DNA of 64,000 bases from Candidatus Aenigmatarchaeota archaeon. GTDB taxonomy: Archaea > Aenigmatarchaeota > Aenigmatarchaeia > CG10238-14 > SCSR01. The stretch covers positions 101,956 to 165,955 of the forward strand of contig JACPJU010000001.1 of the NCBI GenBank assembly GCA_016187385.1, read 5' to 3'. The position numbers were made by a program, and so were the translations under genes. Under the pieces are notes generated by a model that worked only from the letters and a program-made list of their open reading frames with translations, searched no databases and was not told the DNA's origin. This document shows, one piece after another, positions 24,502 through 34,196 of the stretch (its first letter is position 1; each line of letters begins with the position of its first letter).

Positions 24502-27198
24502 ATGCGAAGACTTGGCGCACTGTTTGCTATTTCTGTTGTGATTTTATCATCATTATACTTCCCGATTTTATTTTCGCCTGTATCTTTGGCGCAGGAAACT
24601 ACGACAACGCAGCCTACATCAGGAACGACCACTACCACAGAAACAACTCCTGCGACTACAACTGGAACAACGGCAACACCTACTACAACGCAGACTACTG
24701 AACCAACAAGAACAGAAACTACGACTACTGGAACGACACCAACTGAGACAACGACAACAAAAACTACAACAACCACAGAATCTCCGCCACCTGAAACGAC
24801 TGCACAGCCCACGGAAATAAAAACAACAGAGTCTGCTCCTGTGTTCACATGCCCCGCGCCATCACAACCGCCAGTATGCGGTAAAGAGCAGGGCGTGGTA
24901 ACAAATTTTGATGATAAAGGATGCGTGGCAGGATATATATGCAAGGAAGTATCAACAGGAACAGGAGTGCGTGAAGGCGAGACTTTCTCATGCCCTGAAG
25001 TGCCGCCGCCTACAATAACATGCCAAGGCAACGAGCAGTTGAACAAGAAAACAGATGACAAGGGGTGCGTTGTTGGTTATGGTTGTGTTTCATCCGCGCC
25101 CCCGGCAGAATCAGTTCCTTCTATATGTCCGACATCAGTTCCAGAAAAACCGAAGTGTGACGGAAGTACTGTTCCTGTTTTCGACAAGGGGTGTTTGATT
25201 TCTTATACATGCGTTCCGCAAGGCTGCAGGGAGGAGACGGATCAATCTGGTTTTGTGCGGGTTGTTTGCAAGCAGGAAAGGTCATGTCCCAATGATGAGC
25301 AAGAAAAGTTGAAAACCGACTGCATGTCAAAGGGCGGAAATCCTATAGGATTCAATGATCCAAGCGGGTGCCAATTTTTCGACTGCAGGTTTGACACAAG
25401 AGGGGTCAACACCAATCCTCTAGGTGGTCACCAGTCATGTCCGTCGGGAGACGAGGAAAAGAAATCGATTGACCAGTGCAAGGAAACCGGACTTGAGCCG
25501 AGGTTTGTGTTTGAAGGTGGATGCAAGATTGTAAAGTGCTCCAAGAAAACAAAGTCTATTTGCGAATATGTGTCAGAATCTGAGGTAGCTAAACAGAAAA
25601 GTGAGTGCAATGTCCAAGGTCTTATCCTAGAGCGGTTTGTCGATGAAAAGGGATGCGGTTATCATAAATGTGTAGAAAGCAAACAATTCTGCCAAAGAGA
25701 TGTACCTTCTGAAGCATACAAGAATTGTGATAGTAAAGGCGGGGAGATGATAGTCAAGAATGACGAGAAGGGATGCATTGTTTTCTCGCAGTGTGTTGCA
25801 CAAGGTGACGAGAATCGCGTTTCTGTATCCGCGGTGGAAGAAATTCCTGACACGGCAGTGCTGCTTAACTTGGCGCTGAAATTGGAGAAGCTGAAAATCG
25901 AACTGGAAAAACTTTCCACCGAGTCGAATGAAATAGCGAAATATTATGCGTCTACTGGTTCTCTGGACGAGGAAAGATACAGCAGGGTATCGTCAATGTT
26001 TCAAGGCACTGCCGACAGGGTAGACGAAATAAAATTAAAGCTAAGGGACAACGCAGACCAGATCACAGCAGACGACTTGACTGAAATAAAGCATGACATC
26101 AAATACATAAAGGAAGTCACGCTGAAGGACATTCTTTATATGATGCTGAGCAACAGCGATGACGTGAAGGAGACTCTTGAATCAAGCAGGAAAATTTCCG
26201 CGAAATCTTCAGTGGAAGAGATAGAACAAAATGCGAAAAGCTGCGGGACAGAAGGTTCATGTTTTGATAAGGCAATCAGATCGTGCAAGCCTGTAACATT
26301 CATGCCAGAAGGAAGGCAGGGACCGCTCGTATCAATAACAGGATTGAATGACAAAAATTGTGTGTTGCATATAACAATGCAATCATCCGACATGGTACCG
26401 CCGGGGTACACAAAGGATAATTTCTATATGGATTGTCCTATTGCAGATTACGCGCTTGGGGTGAGGGGTCCAGAAGATATTATCCCAACATGCGAAGGGC
26501 CGATGGCGAAGTTTGCCAAAGAATTCGGAGGTGGCGGCGTGACAGGAGGAGAAAGCTTCCCGCCGCCTGAAGGGGGACCTGGAGGATGCAAGACTGAAAA
26601 AGAATGCGCGACTTATTGCCTGGATAATTATGATGACTGCAAACAGTGGGTAAAGGAACATCCAGCATACGGGCCAATGCCGTCAAAGGAAGAATTGAGG
26701 CAATTTGGATCGGGAAGATCTGAGAGACCCCAAGGAATTCAAAGAACAGAATTTGCGGGACCTGGCGGATGCAAGGGTCCACAGGAATGCGACAAGTTCT
26801 GCAGGAGCAATTCTGATGTTTGTCTGCAGTGGTGTGATGATAATCCCGGTTTGTGCCCAGAAGAGAAAAGATCAACTCAAGAGTTTAGACAGGGTGAGAG
26901 CTCTCCATCATCTGAAGGATCAAGGCAACCGACTGGAGGGCAGAAATGTCCGGACGGTATTTGCGACGCCTTTGAAAGAGCTAATCCAGATGCTTGTCCA
27001 CAAGATTGCGGTGGAGTTAGCCAACAGACTCAGCCATCAGAACCTGTTTCAAAAGCAACACCTGTCAAACAGGCATGCGTCGGTTGCTTGAACAACGGCA
27101 TATGCGACATCGGCGAGTGCAGCGAATGTGGTGATTGTCTGAGAGGCGAGCGGACTATCACAGGTGAGATAACAAGAGTGAGGGGAATTTATGGATAA
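24502..27198 (+). CDS. large secreted Thr-rich / Cys-rich repeat surface protein (adhesin-like)
   Basis: Signal-like N-terminus. Thr/Pro/Glu low-complexity linker. Seven roughly 35-40-aa modules with 4 Cys each (C..P....C.......D.KGC..GY.C). Central coiled-coil. Two GGCK..(K/Q)EC..(Y/F)C..N.D.C.QW repeats. Terminal CPDGICDAFERANPDACPQDCG and CVGCLNNGICDIGECSECGDC motifs. Confidence 0.7.
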   Translation: MRRLGALFAISVVILSSLYFPILFSPVSLAQETTTTQPTSGTTTTTETTPATTTGTTATPTTTQTTEPTRTETTTTGTTPTETTTTKTTTTTESPPPETTAQPTEIKTTESAPVFTCPAPSQPPVCGKEQGVVTNFDDKGCVAGYICKEVSTGTGVREGETFSCPEVPPPTITCQGNEQLNKKTDDKGCVVGYGCVSSAPPAESVPSICPTSVPEKPKCDGSTVPVFDKGCLISYTCVPQGCREETDQSGFVRVVCKQERSCPNDEQEKLKTDCMSKGGNPIGFNDPSGCQFFDCRFDTRGVNTNPLGGHQSCPSGDEEKKSIDQCKETGLEPRFVFEGGCKIVKCSKKTKSICEYVSESEVAKQKSECNVQGLILERFVDEKGCGYHKCVESKQFCQRDVPSEAYKNCDSKGGEMIVKNDEKGCIVFSQCVAQGDENRVSVSAVEEIPDTAVLLNLALKLEKLKIELEKLSTESNEIAKYYASTGSLDEERYSRVSSMFQGTADRVDEIKLKLRDNADQITADDLTEIKHDIKYIKEVTLKDILYMMLSNSDDVKETLESSRKISAKSSVEEIEQNAKSCGTEGSCFDKAIRSCKPVTFMPEGRQGPLVSITGLNDKNCVLHITMQSSDMVPPGYTKDNFYMDCPIADYALGVRGPEDIIPTCEGPMAKFAKEFGGGGVTGGESFPPPEGGPGGCKTEKECATYCLDNYDDCKQWVKEHPAYGPMPSKEELRQFGSGRSERPQGIQRTEFAGPGGCKGPQECDKFCRSNSDVCLQWCDDNPGLCPEEKRSTQEFRQGESSPSSEGSRQPTGGQKCPDGICDAFERANPDACPQDCGGVSQQTQPSEPVSKATPVKQACVGCLNNGICDIGECSECGDCLRGERTITGEITRVRGIYG
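24598..24800 (+). repeat. Thr-rich low-complexity coding repeat (ACN-rich)
   Basis: Encodes TTTTQPTSGTTTTTETTPATTTGTTATPTTTQTTEPTRTETTTTGTTPTETTTTKTTTTTE. Confidence 0.8.
24850..25800 (+). repeat. seven tandem 4-Cys protein modules (coding repeat)
   Basis: Examples: CPAPSQPPVCGKEQGVVTNFDDKGCVAGYIC, CPEVPPPTITCQGNEQLNKKTDDKGCVVGYGC, CPTSVPEKPKCDGSTVPVFDKGCLISYTC, and four more divergent copies. Confidence 0.7.
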
Positions 27199-27397
27199 GA
27201 AAAATCTGGCAATAGTCGCATTGGTAGTTGTGATTGTCGGGTTGGTTGTCTTCTTGGTTGCTAGCGGTACAATCCAGTTGCCTGGAGGATCCAAGTTCAA
27301 AACTTCGGACGAAGTTTCAGGCGCTACCGTTGACATAGGAAGCGGCATTGAAAAAATCGGTTCTACGCTTGAAGAGATAGACAACACTATAGGATGA
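27191..27397 (+). CDS. small single-pass membrane protein
   Basis: 68 aa, N-terminal TM LAIVALVVVIVGLVVFLVA. Overlaps the stop of the Cys-rich protein gene by 8 nt. Confidence 0.4.
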   Translation: MDKKNLAIVALVVVIVGLVVFLVASGTIQLPGGSKFKTSDEVSGATVDIGSGIEKIGSTLEEIDNTIG

Positions 27398-27425
27398 TTT
27401 TAATTTCAATCTCCAATCTCTGTAT

Positions 27426-27980
27426 ATGGGAATAGAAGAAGTAATGCGGGAAATTGAAGCCGAGTCTTCGAAAGGTGGAAAATTCCTGCCGATTGTAGGA
27501 TCAGTGAAAGGGAATTTTCTGTACATGCTTGCGAAGGTCAGCCAGGCGAAGAATGTTTTGGATCTAGGAACATTGACGGGATACTCTGCCCTGCTACTGT
27601 CAAAATGCGTCGGCAAGGATGGAAGAATTGTGACGGTTGAGAATGATAAAACTCTTTTTGAAGAAGCCCTGAAGAATTTCAAGAAAGCCAAAGTGAAGAA
27701 CATCAGACCGAGATTCGGGGACGCGAAAGAAATTTTGCGGCAGATGAAAGACAGAAAGTTCGATTTTATTTTTCTGGATATATGGAAGGAGGATTATGTG
27801 AAGGTGCTGGATGATTGTGTGAAACTGTTGAAAGTCAATGGCTTGTTGGTTGCTGACAATGCATTGTGGGACGAAGAGCCGTTGAAGGAATGGAGGAAAT
27901 CAATTTTCAATCACAAGCAAGTTGTCAGTTTTCTTGTGCCTTTGGGTGACGGAATGTCTGTGAGCATGAGGATTAAGTAA
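27426..27980 (+). CDS. class I SAM-dependent O-methyltransferase (family 3, caffeoyl-CoA OMT-like)
   Basis: VLDLGTLTGYSALLLS (SAM motif I), DFIFLDIWKEDY and LLKVNGLLVADN are typical of O-MT family 3. Confidence 0.75.
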   Translation: MGIEEVMREIEAESSKGGKFLPIVGSVKGNFLYMLAKVSQAKNVLDLGTLTGYSALLLSKCVGKDGRIVTVENDKTLFEEALKNFKKAKVKNIRPRFGDAKEILRQMKDRKFDFIFLDIWKEDYVKVLDDCVKLLKVNGLLVADNALWDEEPLKEWRKSIFNHKQVVSFLVPLGDGMSVSMRIK

Positions 27981-28018
27981 TGTTAATGATTTATGAATTT
28001 TATTAATTAACGATAAAT

Positions 28019-28789
28019 ATGGACCAGAAATATCCATATCCAATAATTACAGAAAAAATCTATGGCAAAGACTTGACAATATTGGGTGTAGAACATAAGC
28101 ATGATTTTTTTAACGAATACAGAGAATTCTTTGAAAATTTTGTAACACGGCAAGATGCAATAGTCTTGGAGCAAGTTTTGCATAGAAGTCTAGGAGTGGT
28201 GAACTTTTGGGAAGGAGAAGGTTTTTATAGGGATGTCGGCAAGATCGCTGGAAGTCAAGGAAAGAAGGTGTATCAAGTTGATCCTGGCAATTGGGGAGTT
28301 TTTGTATTGGACTTGGAAACGGGTGTTCTTGGATCCTGTATGGCAGCAGTGACTACATTCAATTTATTGGAAAGTTACATAAGAAGGGAAAATATTTCAA
28401 GGAGAAAACTCCTAAAAAGACTGTTAAAACTTGCGGTTGGTGTCCAGTTGTCATGGAGTGGATTACCGGGAATTATTATTCAAGACGACTTGTCAGGTTT
28501 TTTCGGTGGTTATGGTATAGACGATTTATTGGGATATGGTGCGGTGGATTACAGAAACATAGTTATAGCGGAGGATTTGGAAAGATTATTATCTTACGAA
28601 GTTCCCAGTATTAGTAGAATTGGTTCGATTCATGGATATTTACATTCAGCGCCAATACAGACTTATTTGAAGAATCGTGAGTTGAGAATGAAGAGATTAG
28701 TTTATTTTCCGCATGATGTTATTGGAGACACAAAAATCAGAGAATATACCCCAAGGGGGGACGACTGGAGATTAACAAGAACATTCTAA
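28019..28789 (+). CDS. hypothetical protein
   Basis: 256-aa ORF with coding-like composition. No confident family (LTILGVEHKHD has a weak TraB/GumN-like flavour). Confidence 0.45.
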   Translation: MDQKYPYPIITEKIYGKDLTILGVEHKHDFFNEYREFFENFVTRQDAIVLEQVLHRSLGVVNFWEGEGFYRDVGKIAGSQGKKVYQVDPGNWGVFVLDLETGVLGSCMAAVTTFNLLESYIRRENISRRKLLKRLLKLAVGVQLSWSGLPGIIIQDDLSGFFGGYGIDDLLGYGAVDYRNIVIAEDLERLLSYEVPSISRIGSIHGYLHSAPIQTYLKNRELRMKRLVYFPHDVIGDTKIREYTPRGDDWRLTRTF

Positions 28790-28796
28790 TGATTTT

Positions 28797-29135
28797 CTAA
28801 CCTAGAATTTTTCCCGCCAAATTCTTTTCTCGTTCAATCCAAATGAAAGTGATATTTCTTCCTTCGCACAATTCCCAAACTTTCTGCGCGAGTTTTCTCA
28901 GCCTGTCTTCTTTTATCGCGTATCTTTTGTTCAACTGGTTGACAATCAATTGAGAATCGGAATATATGGAGATGTTTCTGTCTTTGTTTTCTTTTAGCGC
29001 CGATATGACCGCAAGATACTCAGCCTCATTATTGGTGATTCCCTTCTTCTGGAAAATTTTTACTTTGTTGTCTTTCACGTAAGCATATCTTCCAGTTTTG
29101 CCGGAACCGTCGACGAATATGTCAGTCATAATCAA
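28797..29135 (-). CDS. rnhA: small RNase HI-like ribonuclease
   Basis: IFVDGSG (Asp), NNEAEYLAVISAL (Glu), ISIYSDSQLIVNQL (Asp): the RNase H type 1 catalytic pattern in a minimal 112-aa protein. Confidence 0.65.
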   Translation of the reverse strand: MIMTDIFVDGSGKTGRYAYVKDNKVKIFQKKGITNNEAEYLAVISALKENKDRNISIYSDSQLIVNQLNKRYAIKEDRLRKLAQKVWELCEGRNITFIWIEREKNLAGKILG

Positions 29136-29851
29136 TTAAACACGTCAAAACATTTTCCCGATGTCAACCTGTGGCTGTTCATGCAAACATCAACAATTTT
29201 CTGTGCAATCTTTTCAGGCTGCATCATCGTGTTTTTTGTCAGCTTGTATTTGATAGGTCCTATCCAGTTTTCAACCATTTTCGTGGCTGTCATGCCTGGG
29301 CATACCGTGAAAACTTTTATTCCATGTTTTCCAACTTCTTCCGCCAGAGAGGAATTGATTGCAAGCACCCCCGATTTGGTGGCACAATAGGCTGCCATAT
29401 TTTCATAAGCCGTATGACCGGCACCTGAACTGATGTTGACGATAACGGATTCTCTTTTCTGTTTTATCATCTGTGGCAGGACTTCTTTGTCGCACAGATA
29501 TATCCCTCTGAGATTTGTATTAACTGTCTCGTCCCATTCGCGCTCACTCATTTGGGCCAACGGCTTGTTGTAAAGAACTCCCGCATTGTTGACAAGAACG
29601 TCAATCCTCCCGAATTCTTTCATAGTCTTCGCAACCAGATCCTTCACGTCTTTCGAACTCCCGACATCGGCTTTGACAGCTATAGCCTTTCCGCCCATTT
29701 TCTGTATTTCCTTTGCCGTAGAAACTATCTCGTCCAAAGTCCTTGCAGCCACAACAACATTGCACCCCTTTTCTGCAAGAGCGAGAGCAGTGGCTTTGCC
29801 TATTCCCCTGCCAGAACCAGTGACTATAGCGACCTTGCCTTTAAGTTCCAT
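29132..29851 (-). CDS. short-chain dehydrogenase/reductase (FabG-like)
   Basis: GKVAIVTGSGRGIGKATALALAEKG (TGxxxGIG), NNAG, and the S...YxxxK triad (YCATK). Confidence 0.85.
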   Translation of the reverse strand: MELKGKVAIVTGSGRGIGKATALALAEKGCNVVVAARTLDEIVSTAKEIQKMGGKAIAVKADVGSSKDVKDLVAKTMKEFGRIDVLVNNAGVLYNKPLAQMSEREWDETVNTNLRGIYLCDKEVLPQMIKQKRESVIVNISSGAGHTAYENMAAYCATKSGVLAINSSLAEEVGKHGIKVFTVCPGMTATKMVENWIGPIKYKLTKNTMMQPEKIAQKIVDVCMNSHRLTSGKCFDVFN

Positions 29852-29939
29852 GTATTATTTAGCGCATTTTAAAAATAAATCTCTTATCTTCTGACAAGTA
29901 AAGTATATTTAAACAAAAACCCAAATCTTCAAATAATCA

Positions 29940-30782
29940 ATGATTGAAATGACGCGAGTAATTGGGATTATATCCGGAAAAGGAGGTGTAGGCAAGTCGA
30001 CTGTTGCAGCGAACCTTGCGCTTGCATTGAGAAAATTCAAGAAGAATGTTCTGCTGATTGATTGCAATTTGTCCACGCCGCATCTGAGCTATTATCTTGG
30101 AGCCACGGATTACAAATCGACCATCAATGATGTTCTGCTGGGAAAGACCGATATAAATACTTCGCTATATCCTTACAACGGAATCAACTATCTTCCAGCA
30201 TCCGTAAAGTTCGAGGACTTGGTTGGTGTGGAAGTGACGAAGTTCAAGAAGGATCTTCTGAAGCTTAAGAAGAATCTTGATTTTGTTATATTGGATGCCG
30301 CGCCTGGACTTGGAAAGGAAGCGTTGTTTGTCATGGACGCAAGCAAGGAAATAATTTTTGTCACAACTCCATTTGTTCCTATGGTCGGGGATATCATAAG
30401 GTGCAAGGAAGTTCTGGGCCAGTTGGGCGAGAAGAAGATGGGACTTGTGCTCAACATGGTGACTCACGACACGCACGAATTGAAGAGCGAAGTGATTGAG
30501 GAGATTACAGGCGTGCCGGTCATGGGGGAGATATTCTATGACAAGAATGTTGTGCATAGCATGGTCATGAGAGCTCCTATATTGCAGTACAGGCCGAAAA
30601 GCATGGCGAGCGTTGGGTTCATGAAAATGGCTGCACTGCTGTCAGAGGTTAATTATGAGACGCCGATGAGAATGAAACTGCACAAGCTGCTCAGAACCAT
30701 AAGGAATGTTGTGGTGCCGAGTCCTGTCATAATGCCGCAAAGTACAGAAGAGGTAAAGAAGGATTTCCTGAGCAACTTCTGA
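29940..30782 (+). CDS. minD: MinD/ParA-family P-loop ATPase
   Basis: Deviant Walker A GIISGKGGVGKSTVAANLALAL and Walker B-like DFVILDAAPG. Confidence 0.8.
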   Translation: MIEMTRVIGIISGKGGVGKSTVAANLALALRKFKKNVLLIDCNLSTPHLSYYLGATDYKSTINDVLLGKTDINTSLYPYNGINYLPASVKFEDLVGVEVTKFKKDLLKLKKNLDFVILDAAPGLGKEALFVMDASKEIIFVTTPFVPMVGDIIRCKEVLGQLGEKKMGLVLNMVTHDTHELKSEVIEEITGVPVMGEIFYDKNVVHSMVMRAPILQYRPKSMASVGFMKMAALLSEVNYETPMRMKLHKLLRTIRNVVVPSPVIMPQSTEEVKKDFLSNF

Positions 30783-30791
30783 GGTCTATAG

Positions 30792-31550
30792 ATGGGATTT
30801 CTCAAGATATTGGGGAAGATTTTTGGAAGCACTGTATTCACCACGTTTCTTGTGCTTGCCATAATGATGGGCGAGCTTGTCAGCTTTACAGATTATCAGA
30901 ACATCAAAGAATCGCTGCTGGTTATTGTCAAGCAGTCTGTGATAGGTGCTGTCGGCGAGGCTCAACTGGATCAGTTTTACAATTTTCTAGTTTTCCAGTG
31001 CACGCAAAAAAATTCAATACCGCTGCCCATCCCAGGATATGATATAACAGTAGATTGCAATGATGTCAGAACTTTGGAAAAGGATCAGTTGTTCGACAAG
31101 GTTTCTGTGTCCATAGTTGACAGTGTTTATTACAAGAAGTTTAGTTGCGATTTTGTATCTTGTCTGCAGAGCGGCGACACAGAAAACATGCTGATCGCAT
31201 TGTCGTCTGAAGGGAACCAGTTTTACAAGAATATGCAGATGTATTTGTGGATAGCGACGGTTGTGGGACTGGCGATAATGCTGGCTTCGATAGACACATG
31301 GACAGGAAGATTGAAAGGTACAGGATGGGTTGTTGTTGTGACCGCATTGCCGTTTCTGTTTTTGAATTATATATCAGAATTCATCATGCCTCCATTGCCT
31401 GAAGGGGCTGAAGCTATTTCTACAATTCTGAACCAATTGCTGGATTCTATTAGAGGCAAGTTCCTGATTGTCTTTGCTGCAGGTGTTGTCTTGCTTCTGG
31501 CGGGATATGGTTTGGACTTTTATCTAAGACGGCAGAAAAGGAAGAAATAG
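30792..31550 (+). CDS. membrane protein
   Basis: 252 aa with N- and C-terminal TM segments flanking a Cys-containing loop. Follows minD after 9 nt. Confidence 0.45.
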   Translation: MGFLKILGKIFGSTVFTTFLVLAIMMGELVSFTDYQNIKESLLVIVKQSVIGAVGEAQLDQFYNFLVFQCTQKNSIPLPIPGYDITVDCNDVRTLEKDQLFDKVSVSIVDSVYYKKFSCDFVSCLQSGDTENMLIALSSEGNQFYKNMQMYLWIATVVGLAIMLASIDTWTGRLKGTGWVVVVTALPFLFLNYISEFIMPPLPEGAEAISTILNQLLDSIRGKFLIVFAAGVVLLLAGYGLDFYLRRQKRKK

Positions 31551-31551
31551 C

Positions 31552-31704
31552 TTATCCTATATAGGTCAGTTCCTTCTCGTGCTTCTTGTGGATCTTCACG
31601 TATTTTTCTATCTGCTCCTCGACGAATTTCTCCAGTTTCTTCAATCTGCGTATTCTTTCGACATTAGGATTGTGTTTTTTGATTCTGTGGGTGTGAGAAT
31701 CCAT
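31552..31704 (-). CDS. possible small basic helical protein (50 aa)
   Basis: Reverse-strand ORF MDSHTHRIKKHNPNVERIRRLKKLEKFVEEQIEKYVKIHKKHEKELTYIG*. Below the ORF-track size cut-off. No family recognised. Confidence 0.2.
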   Translation of the reverse strand: MDSHTHRIKKHNPNVERIRRLKKLEKFVEEQIEKYVKIHKKHEKELTYIG

Positions 31705-31738
31705 AATACTATTTATGCGTTAAAATTAAAATATTTGT

Positions 31739-32164
31739 ATGTTGGTCAATGAAGTGATGAACAAGACTGTTGTTGTGGTAAAAAAGGATGCCAACTTGAA
31801 GCAGGCTTCTGAAGCGATGGCGAAGGCGAGGATAGGAAGTTTGGTTGTTTTGGAGAAGAGTAAAATTGTTGGAATTGTTACGACCAGCGATATTGTGCGT
31901 TCGGTTGCGCAGGACAAGTCTCCTGAGGACACGCTTGTTGAAGATGTGATGGCGAAAAGAGTTTTCACGATAGAGCCTGATGCGAGCCTGCAGGATGCTG
32001 TCGACTTGATGATTGAGAAGAAGATAAGGGAGATTCCTGTTGTCGAGAACGAGAAGATAAAAGGAATCATTACCGTGACTGACATTGCTGTTGTCGAGCC
32101 GAAGTTGATTGCGAGCATATCGAGCTTGCTGTCGGTTCAGTTTCCTGGTTATCGCGGCGGGTAA
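31739..32164 (+). CDS. CBS domain pair protein
   Basis: Two CBS repeats (VMNKTVVVVKKDANLKQASEAMAKARIGSLVVLE...GIVTTSDIV, and VMAKRVFTIEPDASLQDAVDLMIEKKIREIPVVE...GIITVTDI). Confidence 0.8.
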   Translation: MLVNEVMNKTVVVVKKDANLKQASEAMAKARIGSLVVLEKSKIVGIVTTSDIVRSVAQDKSPEDTLVEDVMAKRVFTIEPDASLQDAVDLMIEKKIREIPVVENEKIKGIITVTDIAVVEPKLIASISSLLSVQFPGYRGG

Positions 32165-32177
32165 GCTTATAGAATAA

Positions 32178-33389
32178 TTATGCTACGAGATTTGCTCCGT
32201 GTCTAGCTTCTAACTGCAATTCTTCAAGGTTTTTGTACCCATCTTTTCGTAATCTTTCTGCAACTCTTCTTTGAATTCTTGGCAGCAGACCTAATCCATG
32301 AAAAGTATATGGTGTATATCCTTCCAATGCGGTTGCGCCTGATTTGAATGTTTCATAAGCGTCATTGCCATCGTAAATTCCTCCTGTAGCGAATATCACC
32401 GCGTTTGGAAATGCTTTTCTTGTTTCGCTAACTGCGCGCATTCTATATGGTTTCAAGAACCTACCGCTTCTCCCACCAGACGGATATCCCCAATCTTTTG
32501 CAGGTATTTGTTCTTTGGGAAACATTTTCGTATTTACAGCAACAACGCCATGGCCACCACCTTCTAGAAATCCGCTTACAAGATCCAAATATTGTTTGCG
32601 TTCTGTATCATTATCTTCATAAGGTCCCATTTTAACAAGAAGTAATTTCGCTGGTGAGTATTTTTTAATTAATTCGGCTGTTTCCTTAAAAATTTGTGGT
32701 GTTCTGAGCTTTGTTAATGTTGCTGTGTTAGGAGAAAATGGATTCCATACGAAAGCGTCAGAACCCAGTTCCAATTCTCTGACCAATGTCTCAGTTTCTT
32801 TCATTGCAATATCAATTGCATTTTCTTCTGACATGGGAAGACCGCATATGCTTACATAGACTAGCGGATATTTTTGCAATGTAGACGGATTAAACTCATC
32901 GCAAGAATCTGGCTTTCCTCTTACATCCCGGAGATTTGCCAGATTTGTTTTAAAATAAGACAATCCCCTACTTGGGAATCCCTGTGCATTGTATAGATCT
33001 TCTTTCTTATTATCCGTCGCTACTCTAGGTCTTTTGTTACCTTCTCTAGGATTGACAACCACAGTCCCGGTTTCTTGGAAACCAAAAACATAAGAAAAAG
33101 CTAGTAATGCATCACCATTTTTATCCATACCTGCTGCAGTTCCGAAAGGGGTTAGTCTTCTTCCATTTAAGGTGATTCTAAGATTTTCTGGTGCTTGAAA
33201 CAATCTTTGATTTTTCCTGAAGATATCGATTACATCTTCTTCTCCCACTGTATTTAGCACATCCTCATGAACTGCCTCGGGATCATTGTGATTTTGCAGA
33301 TACAGAACAGGTCTTATCATTTCATTGAATATCCAAGGTGTATACAGGCTTTTCTCGAAGGTGGTTCTTTGTGCGAGATCAAGAGGCAT
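32178..33389 (-). CDS. pyrD: dihydroorotate dehydrogenase, class-2-like
   Basis: By-eye alignment with E. coli PyrD blocks: PFGTAAGMDKNGDAL, GFQETGTVVVNPREGNKRPR, YNAQGFPSRG, NPFSPNT (Ser catalytic base position), LLLVKMGP, GVVAVNT, GGRSGRFLKP, IFATGGI...ATALEGYTPYTFHG. Confidence 0.7.
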   Translation of the reverse strand: MPLDLAQRTTFEKSLYTPWIFNEMIRPVLYLQNHNDPEAVHEDVLNTVGEEDVIDIFRKNQRLFQAPENLRITLNGRRLTPFGTAAGMDKNGDALLAFSYVFGFQETGTVVVNPREGNKRPRVATDNKKEDLYNAQGFPSRGLSYFKTNLANLRDVRGKPDSCDEFNPSTLQKYPLVYVSICGLPMSEENAIDIAMKETETLVRELELGSDAFVWNPFSPNTATLTKLRTPQIFKETAELIKKYSPAKLLLVKMGPYEDNDTERKQYLDLVSGFLEGGGHGVVAVNTKMFPKEQIPAKDWGYPSGGRSGRFLKPYRMRAVSETRKAFPNAVIFATGGIYDGNDAYETFKSGATALEGYTPYTFHGLGLLPRIQRRVAERLRKDGYKNLEELQLEARHGANLVA

Positions 33390-33467
33390 TTGTCTAAATT
33401 GGAAATGGAATTATTAATAGTTGAAAGGTATCTTGAAAGGTTTTTAAAGATTATTTTATTTTTTGAA

Positions 33468-34196
33468 TTACAACAATGCAGAAAAATACGCTGTTAAACT
33501 TCTTGGATTACCAACATATCTGCTGCTTACAACTACATAGTCAACATATTTCTTAAGCTCAGCCAAGTCGTCTAATGCCGTAACCCTGTTTTGAGTACCT
33601 CTATCTGTTGGGTCAATTCTGATTCCAGTAACAAGTTTTTTTATTGGTATAGACCTAATTCTCTGATCTTTTAATCTCTCGCCTTCAAGAACCACTGCAT
33701 CACAATTTCCGTCATAAGCAACTTCAGATAGATTATATATTACGTCATCCAAAGACTGCCCACCGTACATTCTTCTAACATCTTGTTCTGGTATTTTTGT
33801 GTGAGCTGTAAATGCTACGACATATACCCCATGTGGAACACTTCTAGTATATTCTCCTAATATCGTTGAACCAAGTCCTGCCGAAACCGTTACATAATTT
33901 ATAGGTAAATAACGGATTACTCTTTGAATTATACGTTCGCCTGTATCAGCACCATGACTGATTTTCAAGTCAGCAAATACTTCATTGCCATTCTCGGGGA
34001 ATTGTCTATGTCTAAGATCAATGGGGCCTGTAAGCAAGTCCTCATTTATTTTTACACCTACTTTTTGTTCTACGAAATCTCTGCTAAATTCGGTCTTTAA
34101 GAAGTCTATTGCAGCTAACCCCCTTTCAACTGCTTCGTCGTCTGTCTTGTAGTCCAATGCTAAGAAAAATTTATCGACCATTTTAATCATCATCAT
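33468..34196 (-). CDS. pyrF: orotidine-5'-phosphate decarboxylase family protein (divergent)
   Basis: FLALDY, VGVKINEDLL, FADLKISHGADTG (variant of DxKxxDIxxT), TGIRIDPTDRGTQNRVT (PGIR...DQxR), VVVSSRYV (VVGRxI). Confidence 0.55.
   Translation of the reverse strand: MMMIKMVDKFFLALDYKTDDEAVERGLAAIDFLKTEFSRDFVEQKVGVKINEDLLTGPIDLRHRQFPENGNEVFADLKISHGADTGERIIQRVIRYLPINYVTVSAGLGSTILGEYTRSVPHGVYVVAFTAHTKIPEQDVRRMYGGQSLDDVIYNLSEVAYDGNCDAVVLEGERLKDQRIRSIPIKKLVTGIRIDPTDRGTQNRVTALDDLAELKKYVDYVVVSSRYVGNPRSLTAYFSALL

Noticed and set aside
24495-25061. 188-aa minus-strand ORF with poly-Val/Gly runs.
   Set aside because: It is antisense to the ACN-rich poly-Thr region of the surface protein gene.
27181-27198. 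Possible frameshift fusing the Cys-rich protein to the downstream TM peptide.
   Set aside because: The ATGGATAA overlap is an ordinary 8-nt stop/start overlap with no slippery heptamer. It is treated as two coupled genes.
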